Assembly: GCA_964016885.1 (NCBI GenBank)
Contig: OZ024741.1
Coordinates: forward strand, 316,014,001-316,078,000
Direction: 5' to 3'
Source of the DNA: Eledone cirrhosa
Taxonomy: Eukaryota
DNA length: 64,000 bases
The notes beneath the pieces are model-generated. The model saw nothing but the letters and a program-made list of their open reading frames with translations, was not told the DNA's origin and made no database searches. Below, piece by piece: positions 16,361 to 29,388 of this stretch; position 1 is the stretch's first letter, and every line of letters begins with the position of its first letter. A program made the position numbers and the translations under genes.

Positions 16361-19300
16361 CTATTAAAAATTATCATTCATTAAATGGTGTTATAAATTA
16401 ATATTTATAAATTATAAATTATTATTGATTATTTATCAATAATAATGATAAGTTATTTGTTATTCTTATTTATTCAGATTGTGTAGAGTTGAATTATTAA
16501 TAACTAAATATGGATTTATATAATATATGGCAATATATAGTGGAGTAATTAGTGTTTGTAGACACTATTGTCATCTATTTAATTAGTGTTATATATTATT
16601 TTAGTAGTAAGGATGGAGAATATAGTAGGGTGCCTACATTGTTTATTTATTAGGTTATTAAGAAAAATATGATTTGTACTAGATATAAGATATAGGAAGG
16701 AGTTTATTAATATATATATGTTATGGTGATAATATGATAATTAAGTAAGAAAATATGATGTCAGATAGGATATAGGGTGGTGTGGTTTGTTAAAGTTAAA
16801 GGTGTAGTTATATAATTACAAAAAGCGAATGAAATAAACTTAAAGGTAGTAGTAAACTAGTAATATATCCGACATTGTTATATATTAGCTATTTGGTTTG
16901 AAATAGTAGAAAGAATATCTGTGGTTATGTAGACACGTGGGGAAAATTCTGATTTTCTATTTAGTAGGTTGAGATTTGAATGAATAATAGTGCGAGATTC
17001 AAGGAGGCAAAGGTTACAGAGTTTGTTAGGTGGTTTATAAGAAGGGGTTTTAGCTATCACTTCCCCTTCTGGGGTATATGGTATTTTACTTGTTTTTAAT
17101 GAGTGTATGTAGATAGATAGTGAAGTGGCATTACTAAGTCTAGGGTTTCTAAACGAATGAAGGTACGAATTATATCTGGTCTTAAAACTATTCGATGTTG
17201 AACCTATATAAACTTTCGAAATTTGATTAGCAGTGACAGTACAGGAGTAGATAATGTCTTTAATAAGGCAATTATTACTTAATGGGCATGTTCTATTAGA
17301 TCTACAATTAAAATTGCTTTGGTAACTAGTATATTGGTTAAGGGGGTATGAAGTTGAGCGGTTATTACTGTTTATACTTCTAGTATTAAGATTACGGTAA
17401 GTATTAATGTCATTATTATTGGTATTATTACTATCATTTCCAATATAGTCCTGTACTGAGTTATTATTAAGATTATTTCTATGTTGAACATTATTAACTT
17501 GGTGTAATTTGAAGTATTTACTAATCTTCTTCTTGTTACTACTAGCTATATGGTCTGCAATGTTAGGTGTGGTAGAGTAAGAGATTTTAATAGTATTTTT
17601 GCTAAATAGGTTATGGTATTTATGGTTAATAGGGAAGTTTTTATCTATAATTGAGAAGAAAGTTTTAGGTATGTTGGTGGAGACATTTAAGTTGAAAGGA
17701 GGATTTAAAAAATGTGTTACTTCTTCTATTCTTCTTATGATTGTTATTTATATAATTGTTTTTGTGGTGTTAGGTACAGTATTATTTATATTTTTGTTTT
17801 TAACATTTTTCTTTGCGTGGTTTTTCCTATGATTATTGTTGTGGTGCGAGTTAACTTTGTTGATACCCTCAGTATTGGAGTCAGGATCTTCAATACTATG
17901 AGTATATCTAATTTTATTCATGACCATATTATGTGAAATAATATTAGATTGTTTATGAATAGATGACTTTTTAGGTGTAAATTTAATTGTATCTCTATGG
18001 CCAGAGCGAGCTAAGGCTTCATTATAGTATTGGGAGTTACGGTTAAATATAGTCTCGTTATAAGAAAGACTAGATATTCTATTAGAAACCCTTTTAATGA
18101 TTGAGCTCAATACAGATTTGAGGTGGTTAGAATTGGTATCAACATAAAAAAGTTTTTCATTTGGTTTATGATAAGGTGTATATGTTTTAGAGTCTCAGTA
18201 AAGGGGGACATCAAGGAAGTTAACAATTTTGGTGTTTTTATCACGGTGATACCTAAGTTGAAGTTTTTAAATATTTTATGTAATTGTTTTCTAGTTCTTT
18301 CTATATTAATTTTTTTTAATCTGAAAGGAAAAGTGCATCGTCTCGATAGAAACCGCCGTTAAGGTAGGGTAAATTTTTATGGATTTCGTTTAAGAGAAAT
18401 AAACCAACTAAGTCTGTGACCTGTGCTGAGTCTCTAGATCCCATAGTGATATCCAAGTTGTTAGGTGTATTTCTGCGGGTCCATAACTGATCTTCAAATA
18501 CAATTATGTTTTTCCTAGCCGCAAGGATAACATCCACTTGGGATCTAGTAAGGTCACTATTATTCATAGCAATTATTAGTGCTTTGTTTAAAAGGATCGG
18601 TGAAATAGAAGTGTAGTACGAATTTATATCGAATTGGATAAATTTATTATTACTTTCATTAATATTATTAAACCATTCAATTACTTCTCCAGTGTTTCCC
18701 CAAAGGTTAAGATGGATTTTTTGCTTAATTTGGGGGATAACTTTATCTAATTTTTTTTGCTGATAATACCAATGTCGGATCTGGAAGGACAAATTAGTCT
18801 AATTGCGGGGTTGGTATTGATGTGTTCCTTATGGTCTTTCAGAGAGAATCGTGGGGGATTAGGGGTGTAAGGTTGAGTATATTTTTCTAGTCCTAATTTA
18901 CATATTAATCTACGGGCTCCAATATTTATATCATCTAGGTTTTTATGAGATATTTTCTTGTAGTTTTTATACAGTTCATTATATATAAATTTTCTATATG
19001 TTTCATGATCTAGGCTATATATGTTTTCAGTTTTATCAGCAAGTACTAGGATATTCTTATTTTTATTAAAGCTTTTGATAGTGGAATTTAGGTTATTTAG
19101 AAAATTGTTTTTCTTATTGAAATGTTTTCTGTATTTAATTCTTTTAACTAGTGTCACAAGGTCATTTTCAAATGAGGCTAGTAAAATATTGTGTGATGGG
19201 CACAATGTTTTGAAACTGTAGGATTCAAACGAGAGGGTGTCATGATTTTTCACAGCACGGTTCCTGTCATAGTGGAATGCCCTCCATCTAACTATTTTAA

Positions 19301-19696
19301 TAAAAGAATTGACAATTAATCAGTAGCTTTTCATATGTATCTTTACATGGGACAGAGATGTTCTTCAAAAAGAAAGGAACATAATCTTTGATCAACATAC
19401 CGGTAATTTTATATATGTCAGCTTAGTGCTTAGTACTACACTCCATATTTATAATTACATATAACTCATATATAGGTATAAATTATTATTACATTTATGT
19501 AACCCGCTCTATGAGAGCGAGAAATCAAATTCTAATTTTGCTTATATACATATATATATATATAAATTATATGTATGTATACATGTGTGTGTATGTATGC
19601 ATATATGTATGTATATATGTATGCATATATGTATATATGTATGCATATATGTATGTATATATGTATATATGTATGTATATATGTATATATGTATGT

Positions 19697-20205
19697 CGGG
19701 TGACTCTTGAGTGCTACTGGTAACATGTAACCCAGTACAACCTGTTGCATCGTCGGGTCGTCGGCAACTAAACCGGCAACCCCACCAAGTTTACTTGGAG
19801 GAGGGTGATTTTGGACAAAAAACAAAACCTGCAGACAAAAAAAACAAAACCTGACAAAGGGCGGAAGAACTCATAAGAGTTAACGGCCATCCAAAAATGT
19901 CTAAATATGTATATACATGTATGCATGTGTATATATGTATATATATGTATGCATGTGTATGTATATGCGTGGGGACATAAAAATAGTCGGGCTGGATACC
20001 CGATCCCGCGGTTAAACAACTGGGAGTGAAGGACCTTTAGCCTTTGTCAGAGCATTCTTCTAGTAGAAGGCAACTCAGGAAACTGGGATAACTCCGACAT
20101 CAAACCTGCGGCTCAATAGTTAACGATGATGTTGATATTTTCTTCTTTGCGGGTTATAGCTACTGTCACTCAGAGAGTGGGATTGGCTCAGTGCACAGTC
20201 TTTCC

Positions 20206-20271
<66 letters not shown>

Positions 20272-20486
20272 TATGTATGTACGTATGTATGTATATCTGG
20301 AGATCTCTCTGCACTTGTCGTCACATGGTACCAAGGGCCCAGCACTATGTGTCAATAATTGTCACAAGTGTAGTGTTTGTACCAGAGTTTTCAAGTCGCT
20401 GGCTGAACTAAAAAGTCACACTCTTTCAGCGCATCGGTAGGGGTTCTCCTACATGGATATAAAGTAGTGGCCGTACTCGTAAACGC
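19697..20486 (+). mobile_element. Second copy of non-autonomous RTE derivative, interrupted by (TA)n
   Basis: Collinear with the reverse complement of 10790-11395; encodes remnant C2H2 finger [22 protein letters not shown]. Confidence 0.7.
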
Positions 20487-20748
20487 GCAGTTAAACCACT
20501 GGGAGTGAAGAACCCCTAGCCCATGTCAGGGTATTCTTCTAGGAGAAGGCATCTCAGGAAACTGGGTTAACTCCGATATAAAACCTGCGGCTCAGTAGTT
20601 ACCGATGATGTTGATCTTTTCTTCTTTTCGGGTTATAGCTACTGTCGCTCAGAGAGTGGGATTGGTTCAGTGCACAGTCTTTCCTCACTTTAAAAATATT
20701 CGTCACGCACAGGCATTGCACGAGTGCATTAATAATTATTAATAGTGT

Positions 20749-20783
<35 letters not shown>

Positions 20784-20788
20784 TATTA

Positions 20789-20824
<36 letters not shown>

Positions 20825-23800
20825 CCCAATTCAATGATGTTCCAGAACAATGTAAACGAGATAATTGCCAATTTGGGTTCTGGAACAAAAAGGATCATTG
20901 GCAATAAGGGCAGGGGCCCCAAGTTATCACAACCTGGGCCCGCCCGTCATCGTGCCATTGTAATAGAGCCAAACAGGGCATTTAGTCTTGGCTGCTGGAA
21001 CGTACGGACGCTGCTTGACAGGGATTCTTTGGAGCGTCCTGAACGAAGGACCGCTCTTGTTGCGAAGGAGCTTCGACGTTACGATCTTGACATCGTGGCT
21101 TTGTCTGAGACGAGGTTAGCTGGAGATGGTCATCTTACGGAATTTTGTGGAGAATATACATTCTTCTGGAAAGGAAGAGATGAAGGAACCAGAAGAGAGG
21201 CTGGGGTAGGATTTGCTGTTAAGACTGTACTGGTGAATAAATTGGAAGAATTCCCAGTGGGGATTAGTGAGCGTCTTATGTCCATGAGAGTTCCGCTGGA
21301 CAAGGGAAGATATGCTACCCTGGTGAGTGTGTATGCTCCAACTATGAATTCTGTCGATGAAGAAAAACTGTCCTTTTACCATGCCTTGAAAGGTGTTTTA
21401 AGAAATATCCCTCAGGCAGACAAAGTCATCGTGCTTGGTGACTTTAATGCTAGAGTGGGTAGGGATTTTAACACATGGAATGTAATCGGAAGGCATGGGG
21501 TGGGAAAGTGTAACAGCAATGGTATGCTCTTGCTGCAGATGTGTGAGGAGCTGGATCTGTGTGTTACCAACACCATGTTCCAACAAAAGAACAAATTCAA
21601 GACCACATGGATGCATCCTGCATCTAAGGAATGGCATCTTTTGGACTACGTCCTAGTCAGGATGCGTGACAGACAGGATGTGCGGTGTGTTCGTGTTCTT
21701 CGTGGAGCTGAGTGCTGGACGGACCACCGCCTGGTACGCGCAAAAGTGAATCTAATCACCAAACGTAAAATCCGGGCTCCTGGTGTTGCCCTGCCCAAAA
21801 GATTGAATGCTGCTCGTCTTAAGGATAAAAATGTGAAGAGGACATTGGAAGAAGAGATGCAGGCTGCAGATCTTGGTGAGGATTGGCCGACCCTTAAAAA
21901 GTCGGTTTATGATGTAGGCAGACGTGTTCTGGGATTGGTGCAGAGAAAACATCAGGACTGGTTTAATGAGAAAGATGTGCATATAGATGACTTGTTGGCT
22001 GATAAGAGGCGCGCTCTGTCACGCTACTTGACGGCAAGGCCACAGGAGAGGAATACGTTGCATGAGGAGCTCAGGGATGTAAAATCACGTGTTAGGCGGA
22101 GTCTTTCTCAGATGAAGGATCAGTGGTGGAGTGAGAAGGCTGGTGAGATACAAACTGCGTCTGATTGCAATAACACAAAGCTGTTGTACAGTCTCTTGCG
22201 TGAGGTTTATGGACCGTCTTCTTCTCTGGTGACACCGATTCGCAGCAGGGATGGCAAAGAACTTCTTCGTGACTCACAGGGAATTCTACGAAGGTGGCGG
22301 GAGCACTTTGATGATCTTTTGAATCAGCCGTCTGTCGTCAGTGAAGATTTCCTCAATCTCATTCCGGAAAGTCCTGTGAAAGTAGCTCTCGCAGAGCCTC
22401 CGACACTTGTGGAGGTTGCAGTGGCTATTTCGAAGCTGAACAGTGGAAGATCTCCAGGTATGGATGGCATACATGCTGAGCTCCTACAATATGGTGGTGA
22501 GAGACTCCTGCAACATCTTCACTCTCTGTTTGGAAGGATATGGGCTAATGAATCCGTGCCTGAGGACTGGAGAGATGCAGTAATGGTGGTCTTGTACAAG
22601 GGAAAGGGTAACAGGAATGATTGTGGGAACTACAGAGGTATATCATTGCTTTCTGTCGTGGGGAAAGTTTTATGTAGGGTGCTTCTGGACCGTCTGCTGA
22701 CACACATTGCAGATTGTGTCCTTCCTGAAAGTCAATCTGGTTTTCGTGTTGGACGCGGCACTACTGATATGATCTTCTCAGCTAGACAGCTCCAGGAGAA
22801 GTGCATTGAACAGGGCTTGGATCTGTATCAGGTTTTTGTCGATCTGACAAAGGCTTTCGATACTGTCAACAGAGATGCATTATGGAAGGTTCTCCAGAAA
22901 CTTGGTTGCCCTGATAAGTTCCTTGCTTTAGTTAGGTCTTTCCATGACGACATGAAGGCTTGGGTTAATGTCGGAGGTAACATGTCGGAGCCTATCTCAG
23001 TAAAAAATGGAGTGAAACAGGGGGATATTCCAGCACCGACCCTGTTTGCCATATACTTTGCAATGGTTTTCTGTATTGCATTCAGGAATTGCGAGCATGG
23101 TGTTTACATCCGATATCGAACCTCAGGCAGCATATTTAACATCAGGCGCTTTGCTGCGAAGACAAAAGTATTTACATCAGTCATAAGAGACCTCTTGTAT
23201 GCAGATGATTGCGATCTTGTAGCGCACACAGAGAGTGATATGCAGCACATTTTGAATGTATTTTCTGACGCTTGCACTGCCCTGGGTTTGACTGTCAGTC
23301 TCAAGAAAACCGTCGTCATGTACCAACCTGCACCTGGTGGGCAGTACACTGAACCAAACATCTATGTGTATGGCAAACGACTTGGAGTGGTTGATCAGTT
23401 TGTCTACCTGGGAAGCACTGTCAATCGATACGGCAACCTTGACGGTGAAATCTCACTTAGGATTAGGAAAGCAAGTGATGCTTTCGGAAAGCTAGAAAGG
23501 CGACTCTGGGGTCGGCGAGACATATGCAGGAGGACAAAGGTAAGGGTGTACAGGGCATGTGTACTCTCTTGTCTTCTTTATGCCTGCGAGACCTGGGTCA
23601 CATATCGACGCCACCTTAAGCAATTGGAGCGTTTCCATCAGATGTGTCTCAGACGGATACATGGCGTTCGCTGGAGGGACCACATCAGTGATGTCGAGAT
23701 TTTGGAAAGCTCTATGTGTGACAGTATAGAAGCTCTTGTGCTTAAGCAGCGACTCCGTTGGAGTGGTCACCTTGCCAGGATGAAGGATTCTAGAATACCA

Positions 23801-24387
23801 AAACAACTCTTCTATGGAGAGTTGGTTAAAGGAAAACGACCGCCACATAAACCAAAAAAGAGGTATAAGGATTCCTTGAAGGCCTCTCTGAAAGACGCTA
23901 ACATCTCTGCTGATACATGGGAAAATATTGCTGCTGATCGTAATAAATGGAGAAAGACTGTATATGAGGGAAAAGTTGCCTTTGAGGCATCTCGAATCGC
24001 ACACGAGAAAGTAAAGCGGGACGTGAGGAAGGGTATTGCTGTTGCACTTCCAGACGGCGAGGGTCCTCCTATGTTTCTGACATGCAGCGTCTGTGCGAGA
24101 CTCTGCCTAAGCAAAGCTGGACTCGAAAGTCATCTTCGCAGTCATAAAGTAAGACCAGTGGTTGACTACCAGGCTGCTGTTGGAGATGCTACTCATCATG
24201 CTTGCCAAGCATGTGGTAGAGAATGTAAATCAGCAGGAGGACTCAAGCGACATGCAAAAGTACACGAACTCCAACCACAGCCGACTATTCCCAGTAAATG
24301 TTTTGGTTGCCGACTCTGTGCAAGACATTTTGGATCATTGGCTGGGCTAAAAAGCCACATTCGATCGCAGCACTGTTAGTTGCTATC

Positions 24388-24425
<38 letters not shown>

Positions 24426-24504
24426 GCTTATGTGCGTGCGTGTGTGTGTATATATATATGAATATGTATATTATTATTGTTGTTGTCGTTATTATTATTA
24501 TTGC

Positions 24505-24556
<52 letters not shown>

Positions 24557-24640
24557 TTTTTTTTTTTTTTTTTTTTTTATTGTGCAATGGCCATACTCGA
24601 TAACGAGGGGGCAGCCATCATGTACGTACGTAGTATGAAT
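20487..24640 (+). mobile_element. RTE-clade non-LTR retrotransposon (LINE), near full length
   Basis: 5' UTR segment 20487-20690, single intact ORF, 3' tail with ctcg-ataa-cgag hairpin. Confidence 0.9.
20834..24379 (+). CDS. RTE LINE ORF: AP endonuclease + reverse transcriptase + three C-terminal C2H2 zinc fingers (1181 aa)
   Basis: APE motifs GCWNVRTL, LSETR, VYAPT, LGDFNARVG, LDYV, TDH; RT motifs NYRGISLL, FVDLTKAFD, GVKQG, LYADD, FVYLGS; CxxC..HxxxH three times at the C-terminus; no stops. Confidence 0.95.
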   Translation: MMFQNNVNEIIANLGSGTKRIIGNKGRGPKLSQPGPARHRAIVIEPNRAFSLGCWNVRTLLDRDSLERPERRTALVAKELRRYDLDIVALSETRLAGDGHLTEFCGEYTFFWKGRDEGTRREAGVGFAVKTVLVNKLEEFPVGISERLMSMRVPLDKGRYATLVSVYAPTMNSVDEEKLSFYHALKGVLRNIPQADKVIVLGDFNARVGRDFNTWNVIGRHGVGKCNSNGMLLLQMCEELDLCVTNTMFQQKNKFKTTWMHPASKEWHLLDYVLVRMRDRQDVRCVRVLRGAECWTDHRLVRAKVNLITKRKIRAPGVALPKRLNAARLKDKNVKRTLEEEMQAADLGEDWPTLKKSVYDVGRRVLGLVQRKHQDWFNEKDVHIDDLLADKRRALSRYLTARPQERNTLHEELRDVKSRVRRSLSQMKDQWWSEKAGEIQTASDCNNTKLLYSLLREVYGPSSSLVTPIRSRDGKELLRDSQGILRRWREHFDDLLNQPSVVSEDFLNLIPESPVKVALAEPPTLVEVAVAISKLNSGRSPGMDGIHAELLQYGGERLLQHLHSLFGRIWANESVPEDWRDAVMVVLYKGKGNRNDCGNYRGISLLSVVGKVLCRVLLDRLLTHIADCVLPESQSGFRVGRGTTDMIFSARQLQEKCIEQGLDLYQVFVDLTKAFDTVNRDALWKVLQKLGCPDKFLALVRSFHDDMKAWVNVGGNMSEPISVKNGVKQGDIPAPTLFAIYFAMVFCIAFRNCEHGVYIRYRTSGSIFNIRRFAAKTKVFTSVIRDLLYADDCDLVAHTESDMQHILNVFSDACTALGLTVSLKKTVVMYQPAPGGQYTEPNIYVYGKRLGVVDQFVYLGSTVNRYGNLDGEISLRIRKASDAFGKLERRLWGRRDICRRTKVRVYRACVLSCLLYACETWVTYRRHLKQLERFHQMCLRRIHGVRWRDHISDVEILESSMCDSIEALVLKQRLRWSGHLARMKDSRIPKQLFYGELVKGKRPPHKPKKRYKDSLKASLKDANISADTWENIAADRNKWRKTVYEGKVAFEASRIAHEKVKRDVRKGIAVALPDGEGPPMFLTCSVCARLCLSKAGLESHLRSHKVRPVVDYQAAVGDATHHACQACGRECKSAGGLKRHAKVHELQPQPTIPSKCFGCRLCARHFGSLAGLKSHIRSQHC

Positions 24641-25021
24641 GTATAATAGTGTTTGTAAACTTTAACAATGCAAGTTGCAGGAGAGGAAACAATAAAATCA
24701 ACGTAAATGAAAACAAAACGGAAACAAACCAAGAACAATGATGGCGTAGAATTCTGTCTTTTATTTCAATATTTCGGATTGAAAACCCCTAATCATGAAA
24801 ATGGTTGTAAAGCACACTCCTCTCCAACTGTAAGCTCACAGATAGATATGATGAAAGACAGAACCATTCTTTTTCGTTTTACTTAGGTTTTGTCTGTGTC
24901 TATATTCCATTAATTCTATACATGCATTGTGGCTTTCTAAAAACGCTATTACTTTATTTCACAATGGCTCATATTAACTATATGTATATATATATATATA
25001 TATATGTGTGTGTATGTGTGT

Positions 25022-25087
<66 letters not shown>

Positions 25088-25245
25088 ATTTCTATTCAGG
25101 TACACAGGTGTATGTATATATATATATGTATGTATATGTATGTATATAAATATACGTATACATACACATATATAATGATACACGTACGATACTCACACAG
25201 ACACTCATATATATATATTATATATAATGAGAGTGAATGAGAGAG

Positions 25246-25248
25246 ACA

Positions 25249-25344
<96 letters not shown>

Positions 25345-25346
25345 AA
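25246..25346. repeat. (GAAA)n microsatellite
   Basis: Direct reading. Confidence 0.95.
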
Positions 25347-25540
25347 TACAGAAGGAATTACATGTGCAAGTAATAGTATAGAAAAAAATAAATAGCTTTT
25401 TTGTATTTGGAGTAGATTGAATACTTGTATATATATATATATTTATATATGTATATATATATGTGTGTGTATTAGAATTTTTGTATATATTATATATGCA
25501 TACACATAAGCACACGCATACAAACACACACACACACAGA

Positions 25541-25580
<40 letters not shown>

Positions 25581-25834
25581 GGTCGAATGAGTGTATATAT
25601 TTGATAAAAATATATCTCCACATCTCCATCTTCAGGTATAAAGAAGAACAGAGAATTACCAGAAACCTGTACATAGCTTAATGCTAATTAAAACATTGAT
25701 CTGTTAGACATTAGAATTGTTAATCATTGAAGAGAACACGCACTGAAAATACGGAGAGCCGAGGTTTCATTTGTGTACTGCAGATAAATATAAACATTTA
25801 TGTAAAAAAAAAAAAAAAAAAGAAGCAGAAATAA

Positions 25835-26025
25835 TAGTTTCTGATTTACACACAGGGCCAATAAATTTGGGGAAGGGATGTCGATTAAATCGCCCCACTT
25901 TATTCTATCAATCCCGTAAGGATGAAAGGCAAATCTAACCTCAGCAAGATTTGAACTCGGAACGTAAAGGGACGTAATTCTATGCCGCGAAGCATGGTGT
26001 CCGACGCTCTACCGATACTACCAAT
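25835..26025 (-). mobile_element. tRNA-derived SINE
   Basis: ggatgaaaggcaaa..cctcagcaagatttgaactc, the reverse complement of the B-box and core. Confidence 0.8.
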
Positions 26026-26676
26026 GTCTTCAAAAGAAAACCCTTTTACTGACGAATTACAATAGCAGTTAAAAACCTAGTTAATAAACCGGATTTAAGA
26101 AAATGGAGACGATTTTGTACCCCACATAGAAAGTTTACAACGCACGTCCCCTCGTCAGGTTGAACGCCAGTATTCAGTCTGCTAGCAAATATTTAAAATT
26201 TCTTCATCGATACTCGAATGATGGCATCTCGAGCACGAACATTCAAGTAATAGAACGGTATGTGGAGTGGAATAGGAACACACATATATATATATGTGTG
26301 TGTATGTGTGTATTTATGTATAATATATATATATGTATATATATATATATGTGTGTGTGTATGTGTGTGTGTGTGAGTGTGTGTGTGTGTGTATGTGTAT
26401 ATATGTGTGTGTGTGTATATATCCGCAACGACACCCAAGTTTATTGGATAGGAGGAATGCTCCTAGATATATATTCTAACTTCTAATATACAGAATAAAC
26501 AGTGCCAAACGGAACATGGGTTGCCTTTTGGCAAGGCATGGTACCGCTAGCCACTCCCGCCAGAGTCACGATATCTCATAGGAGTAAACATTTAAATCAT
26601 AATGTTGGGAGCAGGACACTAGAAGTAAATGTGGCGGTTATTGACAGATAGATAATCCGGAACATTGACATATATT

Positions 26677-26687
26677 CAGGGCCAGCG

Positions 26688-26723
<36 letters not shown>

Positions 26724-28499
26724 TTGATTTCACGGAGCGCATTTCTCCAATTCAACAACAATTTTGAAAAATAAATTAATTAAATTCAGTTATATTGAGG
26801 TTCGTTTTTATCCTGGTTTATTTCCTACGGGGACAAATAATCGGGTAGATTCAGTCTGACTAGAACAAGCAAAATGAGTATACGAAACTTTCAGTACGCA
26901 ATTACGCTCGCGTGTTTTCATAGGCCACGAGTTTTTCCAACAAAACCTTTGGGACAATCTAAACTATAGTAAATTAAGGAGTGCAGGACTGCGTACGGTT
27001 TATTTCTTTTAATTCAGTTAGTAAAATAAGTTGGATTACTTTGAATATATAATTAATGAATATTACATAATTTATCTACTAAATTTCATAGCTGTTGATT
27101 AAATATATTTTATTGCTTATTTAAAGATTCACTTCTTTAAAATTTTCAAATGTCAACACTTCCGGTTAGCGATAGCTTAAATAAACATTCATATATTTCC
27201 GTCACTAATTTTCTCTTAATGCAGTTTATATATAATATCGTCTTTTTTTAATATATCATGGATTATGTTGCTAATTTCAGTCTTCCTTCAACTTCTGTGT
27301 ATATACGATTTTATTTGATGTATCATGTCTGCATGCATATATACTTGCGTATAATATCAATATGCACACTACACATGGTAGCAGAAAACCACCCGAGTAG
27401 TGGTTTTTCTGCTAGTTTACCTAATGTTGCTATTGCATTGATTATCCTTTCACACTTCCAGTATTAGTTGCAAGTGGTGAGAGGAGTTTTTCAAAGCTCA
27501 AGCTTATAAAATCTTATATTCATGCTACAATGTTGCAAGAGAGATTAGTTGGCTTGGCAACTAGATCAATTGAATATGCTCAAGCTTCATCTCTTGGTTT
27601 AGCTGAATTGGTTAAAAACTTTGCCGAGAAAAATGAAATTTTGAATTGTCTTTCTGTCTACATTTATACCTCAGCTAAATTTGGTTTTAGGTGTATTAAC
27701 AGGGGCGGTGGAAGCATTTCTTAATTGGGGTTGGTGAATTTGAACAATTTAGTTGTAGTGATTAGTTTAGCTCTTTGCACTCTAAAATGGTCAGAAAACT
27801 TCGATATGCGATAAACATAACATGTACATAAATTGGAGCGCGTAACCAAATAGATGTGTTTTGGGAGAAAATACAATTATTTGAGAGGGGATTGAACCCC
27901 CCCCCCCCCTCATAATTCCATTGCATATATATCATTTTTTTAAATTATGCTCTGTGCCCTTTCCTAAGGCTTTAATATATCGAGCGTCTTCGCATTTGAT
28001 AAGAAACTGGTATTATACCCAATTTATTCATCTCCTATATATATATATATATCTCCCATCTGTCTCTATATAAGATGTACATAAATTGTAGCGCATATAC
28101 AAATAGATGTGTGTTTTGGTAGTTTGGGGAGGAATATATAATTATTGGGGAGGGGGTCAAGGACCCCATGCTCCCCCCTTCCTATTCCACCGCCCCTGAT
28201 TAGTATTGAGAGTCTGTTCAACTATCCATTATGTTGTTAGTTCATCACTAATATCTATCTTTTTGTTTGTTTATTCTTGTCTTCATTGTGCAAATAAAAT
28301 AGTAGCAAGTAGTGCTTTTTGGTGGGTGCCCGGACATTTGAGCTAGACTTTTTTTTTTTAGTTACCCTTGCTCTGTGCTTAAATGTTTTTTTTTAAATTC
28401 TAAGTTTATTGTGTATGAATTTTTAAATTGATATTTTCTGGGGTTGGGGGGCAGAATATAACCTTGCCTAGGGTGCCATATAGTCTGGGTTCGGCCCTG
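26677..28499 (+). mobile_element. Internally deleted hAT DNA transposon
   Basis: Ends cagggcc...ggccctg with subterminal gcctagggc/tg motifs; imperfect 8-bp flanks catatatt/cacatatc; hAT dimerisation-domain remnant at 27410-27635 (PNVAIAL..VASGERSFSKLKLIKSY..MLQERLVGLA..IE). Confidence 0.8.
27700..28198. mobile_element. MITE nested in the hAT element
   Basis: Perfect 14-bp TIR caggggcggtggaa / ttccaccgcccctg; internal duplication atgtacataaattg..gcgc..aaatagatgtgt. Confidence 0.75.
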
Positions 28500-28699
28500 C
28501 ACATATCGATAGCAGATGATAGATAGAGTCGACTACAATGGTAAAATTACTGCAATGACATTCAGGAGTTCCTACCGATTGTCATTACAGAAAGAGAACG
28601 ATGATAAATAACACAAAACGAAACCCCATACTGCATCACTCATCACGCAGGTGAAAAATGATCGTGGCGCACAGGATGTGGTGATTGAAATGTCTACTA

Positions 28700-29140
28700 C
28701 AGGAAAACCGAAACTGAAACAAACCGACTTTATTGAATATAAATAAAACACTTATCGTTTCCACTTTCAATGTCAATTCGGAAAATTCCGAAATGAAGAT
28801 GCGTGAAATGACATCAAACGCAGAAAAGCAAGGAGTTGAAGTAATATGCATGCTAGAACATCGTATATATCACGATTACACCAATATTCGCCATATTAAA
28901 ATAGGAAACGGTCGGATACTTATTTCGTCATCAGCTTCAAAGGTACTTAACGCAGAAATATGAGGTGTTGGGTGCCACTTTCAATGGTAACCTATCAACC
29001 ATTATCATTTATTGTTACAGTCCTTTAAACTTCGCTCATGGAGATGCAATAGACTTTTACCAAGATCTAATCTGTGAAAAACATCACCCATACACATGAT
29101 CATAATAGCGGGTGATTTTAACGCTAACATTGGAAACAGA
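28700..29140 (+). pseudogene. Decayed LINE AP-endonuclease fragment
   Basis: LIVSTFNV, VICMLEHRI, CYSP, IIAGDFNA motifs across frames. Confidence 0.7.
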
Positions 29141-29337
29141 TTCAAAATATTTCTGTTTGTATCCGCCGTAATTTTGTCATCTTATGTAACTAATTCTGCA
29201 AGCAACACCTGATGAAATCGCCTACGCTTTGCATCATCATCGGATGATGAAATAGAGTCATTAAAATAAGTATACTGCTTTCGCAAAACTAAAATTTTTA
29301 AGAAAGTTTCCAGTCCGGCCATCTGTTCTATTTAATG

Positions 29338-29388
<51 letters not shown>

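Larger units (their letters stand above)
15455..19500 (-). mobile_element. Near full-length degenerate Penelope-like element (RT + GIY-YIG, frameshifted)
   Basis: ORF pieces 19398-18747, 18792-18316 (FIQFDI, MGSRDSAQVTDLVG, GGFYRDDAL), 18110-17748, and GIY-YIG/CNLC near 17310-16880; mutated HHR at 15494-15540 at the 3' end. Confidence 0.88.

Noticed and set aside
24760-24810. HHR-like remnant (also 32712-32792, 37855-37900, 57275-57360)
   Set aside because: GAAA-stem III-UH half is present but the CUGANGA core is too decayed to call
29205-29262. CTGATGA...GAAA...TC
   Set aside because: Stems I and III do not pair
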